Source: Octopus sinensis
Taxonomy: Eukaryota
Assembly: GCF_006345805.1 (NCBI RefSeq)
Contig: NC_043011.1
Location: 62,322,464 to 62,386,463 of the forward strand
DNA: 64,000 nt
Reading direction: 5' to 3'
Shown here piece after piece: positions 54,366-64,000 of this stretch. A model generated the notes under the pieces. The model saw only the letters and a list, made by a program, of their open reading frames with translations. It was not told the DNA's origin and did no database searches. The translations under genes were made by a program, and so were the position numbers. How positions within the stretch are numbered: position 1 is the first letter of the stretch; each line of letters begins with the position of its first letter.

Positions 54366-54789
54366 TAATTAAAAAAAAGTAATAAGAAACAATATGATAT
54401 AAAAAAATTCAGTCTGATGTATAAAAAAAAGTTTCACTTAGAAATTCTAGAAAGAAATATTGAAAAAATACCTGTGGTGACATGGACGTCAACTAATGTT
54501 GTCGATTGGTTGTAGAGAAGGTATGTAGCCATACGTAATCATTGGGATTTTAACTTTAACTGACAATCCCAGAATACAGGGAATGTTCCAAACGGAAGTG
54601 GGTCGAACCTACCGTCCTGTGTTTAATAATACGGAAGAATACTGTAAAAGATGTTATTCTGGATATGTCAGTTGCGATGTGGTAACATCATTTGGTTTGA
54701 TAAATACTTATATTTCAACTGTATAATGTATGTTTAGTGTTTTCCGTTTAAAACACAAACGAACACTCACAAATCCAAATCTCTCTCTC

Positions 54790-54889
<100 letters not shown>

Positions 54890-55507
54890 GTGTATATATA
54901 ATATATATATATACATATATATGTATATATGTATATATATATATATATATTATATATATATATATATTATATATATACATATGTATTTATATATATATAT
55001 ATTCATATATTCATATATATATGTATATATATATACATACATACACGTACGCGCACAGCATGCATATACGCATGTGTAGCTGTATATGTATACATACATA
55101 CGAATGTGTGTGTGTGTGTGTGTGCGTGTGTGCGTGTGTGTTGCTTCGCTTTATTCAGGTCCGTTGCATAATTATATCGTTTAGCCTTCAGCTTGACTTC
55201 TGCTCTTCGACACATGCCACAGGAAAAATATTGGTTTTTATTTTAGCTTCATTTCCTGCCTGTGATGCCAGAATGTTAATGCAACATCGTGTTTGCGACA
55301 ACGGAATACATTTGCCGGGATGAGCTTTCGCAAAAAAAAAAAAAAAATAATAATAATAATAAATATATAAATAAAATAAAAGAAATAATAAATCTAATGT
55401 GAAAACCATGTTCCTTGAAAGCATCCAGTGGAAATAAGCGCCTCAGAAGTTGAAAGTTGTCTCCATTTCTTGGTGCTGCAGGAAAGAAAATAATGATGAT
55501 GATGATG

Positions 55508-55540
<33 letters not shown>

Positions 55541-55557
55541 TAATAATAATAATAATA

Positions 55558-55588
<31 letters not shown>

Positions 55589-55743
55589 GTAGATTAATTG
55601 TTGGAAATGCAGAAAGAGTTATGTTAGATGCCGTGGAGAGAAATTGTTTCCTGAAAAGCAAAAGGTATTCTATGAAGTTTCATGAAAATAGCAAAGTAAT
55701 GTACTCCCTTCTCAGTCTCGAAGCTATTTCGACTTTGTCGAGG

Positions 55744-55785
<42 letters not shown>

Positions 55786-56254
55786 TAGATTGAGAGAGAG
55801 AGAGAAGGGAGGATGGTGGTACTGAAAGAAGGCATAATGAGATAATGTGAGATGGGTAAATGGGAAAGAATATAATTCTTTGAAAGATGATTGAATTTTA
55901 TACATGCTAGATCGATAATTGCAATGCCAAAGATAACAGATAATTAATTTAGACATGGATATGCAAAATCCCTTCAAACAGATACAGTTTAGGAAATCTG
56001 CTTCCCAACCATGCGGTTGGCTGGTTGGTTGGTGCCTGAGAGTTCGATCCCAATGCGTGGCACCGTCTTCTACTATAGCTTCTGTTTCATTAGTAAAGTG
56101 AGGCTGGAAATTCAGGATTCGAAACAGTGTGGAAGTCCGTTGCACGCACGCACGCCCGCCTGCCTGCCCGCCTGCCTGCCTGCCCGCCCGCCCGCCCGCC
56201 TGCCCGCACGCACATTGTTCTTTTCTTGTCCAGTTTTGCTTCTCCCCGTAATTT

Positions 56255-56340
56255 CTTCCTGTAGAGCAGTTTTTGCTTGAAACGTAAAATACTTTCCTGT
56301 CTATTTTCCGAGACCGTAAATCTAATACATTCTGCTTTGA
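56255..56340 (+). mobile_element. Diverged family 2 hammerhead-like element
   Basis: CTGTAGA-gcagtttttgctt-GAAA-cg-TA-aaat followed by ...ctattttccgagac...ctaataca, as in the 42345 copy. Confidence 0.4.
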
Positions 56341-57225
56341 CATGTCTTCATGTATTTTAAAATTTTACAACGGATGAACCTTATCTACTTCCACCTTTAC
56401 ACTTTACATCATGAAATTTCTGTGATACACGATCCCTATTGATCGTATTTTTTTCTTTTCCTTTCTTTTTTTTACCTTTTTACGATCCCTTTTGATCGAA
56501 AGCCTACCCCACTTTTTTTCTCCCCCAAAAAGAAAAGCTCTACTTAGTAATTTGTCCCGTCTGTGTTCCGCCCTGTGTCGCTAATAAAGAAACACACACA
56601 CACACAGACACACACACCACACGCACACACACACACCCATACATATACATATATATATATACAACGTGTCCGGTGAAGGGATATATAAAATATCCCGGAA
56701 ACAGCTGTAAGACCATTTATAAATGGTCTAAAATCTTTCACAGCCTTGGATTTTTATCTCATTCTGAAAATTTATATATGTATATGTATACTTATACACG
56801 CATACAAATATGTGCAGACGTACGTACATACATACTTACATACATACATATATATGTGTGTGTGTGTGCGCGCGCACATACATGGGCATAGCGGGGAGCA
56901 CATATAAGGGCGCGGGGATGTGTTTACGCACATTAGGCAATAAAAGCAGTTATTCGGTTTAAAGTTATCATCTATATCTTGGATGGCTATAACCGAGGCT
57001 ACTCTAACCATGTTCGCAGCATGCTTCGACCGACTGATTAAATTGAACTATGAACGCACATAAAATCTATGTCAGAAGCAGCCATACGTCTATCATGCAC
57101 AAATGAATGTGTAAAGCCTATTATTTATACTTTCTATCTATCTATCTATCTAACTATCTATCTATCTATATAAATATGTGGAGGATGGGAGTGCAAATGT
57201 ACATATATATTATATGTATATATAT

Positions 57226-57259
<34 letters not shown>

Positions 57260-57494
57260 ATATATATATATATGTGTGTGTGTGTGTATATATATATATA
57301 CATGAAGACACATATACACATATTGCTTGGTGTTTGTAAAATCAGACATGATTATAGCTTCCGCTGCCTCCGTGTTCTGTTTAATGTTTGTGAAGTTTAC
57401 AGTAAACAAAAATGGACATATATTATCTTGGGAATAAAGAAGAATATCTTTGAGAAACTTAATCCAACATCATCTGCAATATAATTATTAGATT

Positions 57495-57558
57495 TCATGT
57501 CATCTAAGCTAAACAAATTGAAACCTAAGTTTCATTTTGTTTAGCTTAGCTGACATGA
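57495..57558. repeat. 64-nt near-perfect hairpin
   Basis: tcatgtcatctaagctaaacaaattgaaac-ctaa-gtttcattttgtttagcttagctgacatga: 30-bp stem with 2 mismatches and a 4-nt loop. Confidence 0.9.
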
Positions 57559-58520
57559 CCTATTAAATAGAAATAAACAAAAAATAAACTACAGCTGTCT
57601 TCATTAAATACATCGCCTTTTCTCGGAAGAAAGAAAATGAAATACAAAGACAAAAAAGAAAAATACAATAAAAAAATTAGGTAGGTTTTAGTGATACATC
57701 TGTATTCAGATATTGAAACACACCCACACCAGACAGAGATATTAAATTGGATGCTGTTACACAATGAAATTAATTCTTAATTAAATTTCTCTAAAATGAA
57801 ATAGATATTCCCAAATGCAATATTTTTCTTCAAATCACTTTTATTTATTTAATTATATTTATGCATTTATTTATCACAGAAAATAAATGAAACCAAATAA
57901 CGATATATATCCTTGAATTTTGCTTGTTAGTTTTGGTAATACTGTGTTACCGTTGTGCATCGGCTCGTAATATGTTAACACTTTTCATCGACTGTTAAAC
58001 TGTTCACGTTGTTCATTAGTTCATAGTACGCTGACGCTGTTCTATAGTTGTTAATGTGTCAACGTTGTTCATTGGTTGTTAATGCTGGTGGCAAAATATT
58101 AAAACTTTTCATCGGTTTATTTAACTGGTAAAAATATTTGCTACTCTTCGTTTGTTTGCTGTTATTCCTACTGACAGTTGTAGAGTCTGTGTAGTTAGTT
58201 GGCTTCTGGGCTAAATTTTCGACCTTTTCTTGTCAGATTTGCAGTAAATACTTTTTAGGCTCTTACTGAAATTGGAAGGGCTTCTATTCACTAGCTTTTT
58301 CTTAAGCGGATCAGTTTTATTAACCAGATTGCGATTGCTTTAAATAAACTTCCTTGAGCTGCTTTGTGGTCGTCTCCTTCAAAAAACAATGTTTTTTGGG
58401 ATGCTAAAAAAATTCTACCTGTGGATAAGTATTCCGCTCTAGGTTATGGTTCTACATAAAAATTTGAGTCTTGTTTGTTAATCTGAAACAAAATTTCCAA
58501 ACTATATGTATGTGTGGGTG

Positions 58521-58573
<53 letters not shown>

Positions 58574-58574
58574 A

Positions 58575-58774
58575 TACGAGGGGTGCTGAAAATGTTCTCG
58601 CTTTGGGTAAAACAAAATACAGACACCCATGACTGGTTTGCGTGCTGTTCCATTCTGCGAAATCATAGCATAAGTCTCTTGCCTCAGATGCCCCATAACC
58701 GTACTGTACTCTAAACCATGTGGGTACGGAGTGAACTTGCTACGCTCACGGCCCAAGCCTGCTGCCCCTATGTA
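58575..58774. mobile_element. Possible mariner-derived MITE remnant
   Basis: Left end tacgaggggtgctgaaaa resembles a mariner TIR at a TA site; the right end (...gctgcccctatgta) matches only weakly. Confidence 0.3.
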
Positions 58775-58984
58775 TGCTAAGTAACAGACAACGTTAGACC
58801 TGAAATAGCAGCGCTATAAAAATAAATGGAAATAAAGAAGGAAGCAAACGTTTATACATGTATTTGCAAATTGCTAAATCGCTTGTTATGGTTTAACGAA
58901 TCTGAAATCCAATTTAGAAATGAGAAATTCATTGACACGCTTGAGGTGTTATGCGAAGAAAATTACATTCATTTCCTCTCTGTA

Positions 58985-59014
58985 ACAGCAACTACTACCA
59001 CCACCACCGTCGCC

Positions 59015-59112
<98 letters not shown>

Positions 59113-59252
59113 CACCACTACCCAACTACTACTACTACTACTACCATCACCACCACTACCACACTACTACTACTACTACTACTACAATCACCACCACCAC
59201 CGACAACAACAACAAAAACTACTACTGCTACAATTACTGCTGCTGCTACTAT

Positions 59253-59283
<31 letters not shown>

Positions 59284-59383
59284 ACTGCTACTACTACTAC
59301 TATTAATACTACTACTAGTAGTACTACTGCTGCTACTACTACTACTGCTGCTACTGCTGCTGCTGTTACTGCTGCTGCTGCTG

Positions 59384-59426
<43 letters not shown>

Positions 59427-59470
59427 CACTACTACTAACGTTACTACTGCTGCAACTACTGCTACTGCTG
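58985..59470. repeat. Compound (ACA)n/(ACT)n/(GCT)n trinucleotide repeat
   Basis: Seen directly. Confidence 0.9.
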
Positions 59471-59710
59471 CTACTTGTAACAGCACCAGCACTATCATCA
59501 ACAGTAATTGATGTTAATGCATGCAATGAGTGTTTGAGAAGCGAGGTTATTCAAAGTGAACAAACATGTTGATTGGGTGAAAGAATGATCGCTAGAAAGA
59601 AATTATCAGAACGGAACCTGCCTCACCAAAACAAAATAAAAGACAAAAAGAAAAAAAATAAAATAAAAAATAAAAAATATGAAGGGCAATTTTATTATTT
59701 CAATTAAAAA

Positions 59711-59915
59711 GGCCGCGAGCTGGCAGAGACGTTAGCACGCCGGGCGAAATGTCTAGCAGCATTTCGTCTGCCGTTACGTTCTGTGTTCAAATTTCGCCGA
59801 GGTCCACTTTGCCTTCCATCCTTTCGGGGTCGATTAAATAAGTACCAGTTACGAACTGGGATCGATCTAATCGACTGACCCCGTCCTTCCAAATTTCGGA
59901 CATGGCTCTAGGTTA
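59711..59915 (+). mobile_element. tRNA-derived SINE, family A
   Basis: ggccgcgagctggcagagacgttagcacgccgggcgaaatg...gtgttcaaatttcgccgaggtccactttgcc. Confidence 0.85.
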
Positions 59916-60724
59916 GCAGAATTGTTAAAACGTCAGAGCAAGATGCATAACCACATTTCTGTTGCCCTTCAATTACAGGAGCATCCTCCATAAACAGTAA
60001 CCGACAAACGTGGGAGAGGAAAACCTCCCGCTGGCAATGACACGTCGAGTCTTCCATCCATTGTCAGACGGACAACAGCGCAAAGGAAGACTTAACATCT
60101 CGGATTAAAAACAGTTTTCATTTAATCCGGCAAATTAGTTTTCCATCACAAATAATGACTTTTATGCTGTTCTAAACGCAATGAAATGTTTTAGTGTCCC
60201 TTCATCTGACAGAAAATCAATCGAGGTTTATCTGGAATTTTCCGTTCATATATTTATTTACTTATTGTTTTTCCTTCTTCTGGTTTGGGTAATATTAATT
60301 CGATTCAGCGTCATTGATTTTGTCATCTGAAATAATCGATTATATATAATCCCCTTTAATTCGCTGTTACTCCACTCTCTTAAATGCATCAATCGATTTG
60401 CGCATTCTGATATAATATTTGCTTCGAAATCAATTCTAACAGTTCACTTAACGCCTTCTGTAAATTTCGCTGATAGGGACAGATCTGATTGATAAAGACT
60501 TTTCGTGTGAGATTACAAAGATGGTTCCCTGTTACCTTCCTTCGGGTGATTACTTTATTAATTCCACAAGATTCCCTCTTGTCTGTAAGACGCAAACAAT
60601 TTCATCACACTTGAACTGGACATCCAAAGCATAAGAACTGGCAAATCGCTTTTATTCAGCCACTCCAGGAATTACATTAATCCACTGACCTAAAGAATAC
60701 GTTGTAATATTGGCATCAAAGTTT

Positions 60725-61308
60725 GGCACTAGGCCAGCAATTTCGGTGAAGGGAACTAGTCGATTACACTAACCCCCAGTTTTCGACTAGTACTTATTTT
60801 ATCGACCCTGAAAGAATGAAAGGCAAAGATGACTTCGGGGGAATTTGAACTCAGAACGAAATGTCGCTAAGAATTTTTCCCAGCCTTCTAACGATTCTGC
60901 CAGCTCACCTCATTATGATATTGGTATCAAAAGACCAGAAATTTCATTAAAGGGGCTAAGTCGATAAGATCGGCCTCTGTGTACAACTGGTAATTGATTT
61001 ATCGATCCTGTAAAGATGAAAGGCAATATCTGCCTCCGCAGAATTTGAACTCTGAACATAAAGACGGGCAAAATACCTATTTCTTTATTACCCACAAGGA
61101 GTTAAACATAGAGGGGACAAACAAGGACAGACATAGGTATTAAGTCGATTACATCGACCCCAGTGCGTAACTGGTACTTAATTTATCGACCCCGAAAGGA
61201 TGAAAGGCAAAGTCACCCTCGGCTGAATTTGAACTCAGAACGTAACGGCTGACGAAATACGGCTAAGCATTTCGCCCGGCATGCTAACGATTCTGCCAGC
61301 TTGCCGCC
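60725..61308 (-). mobile_element. Three tandem family A SINE copies (about 60725-60910, 60945-61075 and 61078-61308)
   Basis: Three successive ...gatgaaaggcaa...aatttgaactc(a/t)gaac... blocks in the same orientation. Confidence 0.85.
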
Positions 61309-62300
61309 GGTACTGTACCATATTGACTCAAACAGGATGAATGTCAATGTTGGTAACAGCTGCATTTGAACCCAGAACAATAAGAACCAAAATATAGTAT
61401 TTTATCCTTAGTCTACTGCTTTTGATTGAAACTTTATAATATTGACCCCCAAAACGATAAATGTCAAATTAATCTCACCCAAGTTTGAACTTACAACACA
61501 CAAAACAAGAACAAAACCGTAAATTCAGTAACTTCTCAAATATCTATTTCAAACAGCAGTGTGTGTGTGTATGCATGTATGTTTATATTATATATATTTA
61601 TACATAATATGTATGTGTTGAAGCGCAATGGCCCAGTGGTTAGGACACACGGTTGTAGGATCACAGTTTCGATTCCCAGACCGGGTGTTGTAGTGTTTAT
61701 TGAGTGAAAACACCTAAAGCTCCACGAGGCTCCGGCAGGGGGTGGTGGCGATCCCTGCTGTACCCTTTCGCCGCAATTTCTCCCACTCTTTCTTCTGTTG
61801 GCCTGCTCACTTAGCCAGCGGTGTGGCGTCATTTGAAGGCTAAAACAATGCGAGGCGCATTGTGACCAGCGATATGTAGCAACCTCTGATAGCCTCGTCG
61901 GTCACGTGATGGCGTGATAATATGCATGTAAATATGTTTACACTCACACACACACACACACATTTATGTAGCTATATTTACTTTGCGCGGAAGCTTGAAA
62001 ATACCTACCTTTCAGTCTGAGAACAAAGGGAGAACTGCAAAGACGAATTCACGTCACTTCGTAGACTTCTTTTTGCTGGAATATTCTAGAACATAAAGTT
62101 TGCGTTTGAAATAGTTTTCTGTCGTGCTTTGTCTTGCTTTGTCACAAGATATTTAACTAAGGATGCTTAGAAAATGGCTTACGCGTTGCCATACAAGTGA
62201 CAAGAGTAAATATCACCATAATCCAATAATGCACCAATGTTTTATGTGGGATTGCTGCCGTCATCTTATATTATGAAGCAGTCATATATGTATATGTATA

Positions 62301-62349
<49 letters not shown>

Positions 62350-62451
62350 TACATACATATAAATATGCGTGTGTGTTGGAAGTATATATATGTATATATT
62401 CATTCATATATATACATATATACGTATGTATGTATTATCTGTGTGTGTAGG

Positions 62452-63231
62452 CAGGGCTGTGTGCTAAGAAGCTTGTTTCCCAACCACATGCCTCCACGTT
62501 CCGTTCTATTGCATGGCACGTGTCCTCCTCTATAGCCTCGGGCTGACCAAAGCCTTCTGAGTGGATTGGTACACGGAAGATGAATTAACCCGTCGTATAT
62601 ATATATATATATATATATTATAATATATATAATATATATCCAAGCGTACACCGGTTAGCTCTATATCGATTAATTATCTTGGAGTTTGTTAATTTGTGGT
62701 AGTGTAAGTGTTTATTGATGGTTCTCCTTCGACATCAATACTTTTCACTTATGAAATTCCAATTGTCGTTATAGATGTTTTCAAATATCTTATCTAGGAT
62801 AATAGAATTTTAATAATATAACATAAATAAAAGGAAGAGTATGAACACAGTAAAATCAGTTTATTTATATAAGAGTCAATTTCATGTTGCCTATGTACGT
62901 TTCTATTTCTCACCTTCATTCGTATTTTACAATTAAAATTGCATTATGTATCTAAAAGGTACAAATCTCTTCTGGACAAAATTGCCATTTATGCATTTAC
63001 ACGACTGGCTGGAGAGTCTGTAATGAACTCTCCATCCATTAGGATGTAAATGACTATATGTCAATTTTGTCCTGAAGAGATTTGTACCTTTTAGATTCAT
63101 AATGCAATTTTAATTGTAAAATACGATGAAGGTGAGAAATAGAAACGTACATAGGCGACATGAAATTGACTCTTACACAAATAAACGATTTTTCTGTGTT
63201 CATACTCCCATTTTCTTTATTCTTATTATAT

Positions 63232-63295
<64 letters not shown>

Positions 63296-63575
63296 AACAC
63301 ATGCATGCATATCTACCTATCTATCTAAATATGTATGCATATATATACATATGTGTGCTTTGGTTGTCTGTATCTGTGCCCTAACTCCGGTCGACACCCG
63401 GTGTTGGCGTGTGCACGTCCCCCGTTAATTAGCGGTTCAGCAAAAGAGACCGACAGAATAAGCACTAGGCTTAAGAAATAAGTCCTGTGTCGATTTGCTC
63501 GACTAAAACCCTTCAAGGCAGTGCTCCAGCATGGCCGCAGTCAAATGACTGAAACAAGTAAAAGAATAAAAGAAT
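62452..63575 (+). mobile_element. Family B SINE whose internal microsatellite holds a large insertion
   Basis: Head at 62452-62600 and tail at 63360-63575, with the 62823-63222 palindrome between them. Confidence 0.7.
62823..63222. repeat. 400-bp palindrome (foldback element)
   Basis: gagtatgaacacag...aagagtcaatttcatgttgcctatgtacgtttctatttctcaccttcat...aaaaggtacaaatctcttctggacaaaattg (about 62837-62984) is the reverse complement of about 63061-63207; the centre is also partly self-complementary (ggagag/ctctcc, catttac/gtaaatg). Confidence 0.9.
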
Positions 63576-63597
63576 CTGTATATATAGAATATTAAAA

Positions 63598-63638
<41 letters not shown>

Positions 63639-63709
63639 TAGATAGATAGATGTAGATAGATAGATAGTCAGACAGATAGATAGATATGTGCATATATATA
63701 TATATATAT

Positions 63710-63740
<31 letters not shown>

Positions 63741-64000
63741 CACATATAAACATATTAGTGTATCATTTATGTGTGTGCGCGTGCGTCTGTCTACATGAGT
63801 GTACGTGCACGCATATATACATACCTACCTTCAGGTATTGACAGAAATCTCTCTCTCTCTCTTCGTATATATATGTATATATACATCCACCTACATACCT
63901 TCATATACACACACACACATACACACACGCATATCGTACACTCATATACAGATAAAGCGCGCGTGTTTGCGCGTATTAGTGCGCACAAGAGACCGAACTT

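Noticed and set aside
58826-59572. 248-aa poly-Thr/poly-Leu ORF and overlapping ORFs
   Set aside because: Translation of (ACA/ACT/GCT)n microsatellite.

Overview
AT-rich, microsatellite-dense eukaryotic genomic DNA. Its SINE repertoire points to a coleoid cephalopod, most likely Octopus; this is inferred from repeat families, not from a database hit. One protein-coding gene can be supported. It is a + strand multi-exon gene with coding exons 33279-34452, 39029-39523 and 49767-49877, all three introns phase 1, and its first and last exons not firmly located. It encodes an acidic secretory precursor of at least 593 aa with a signal peptide and many dibasic sites. By eye it carries several secretogranin-II-like motifs, including a secretoneurin-like segment right after a KR site. 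Everything else is intron or intergenic: many tRNA-derived SINEs, a decayed Penelope-like (PLE) reverse transcriptase, an RTE-type RT fragment, Helentron/HINE-like and MITE-like elements, several long palindromes and large microsatellites. There are two families of short elements carrying minimal PLE-type hammerhead ribozyme motifs. One of them is a tRNA-headed SINE that is repeatedly flanked by an inverted copy of its own 3' side. Almost all ORFs in the supplied track are microsatellite artefacts. Repeat boundaries are by-eye estimates (about +/-10 bp); splice sites and motif coordinates were counted exactly.
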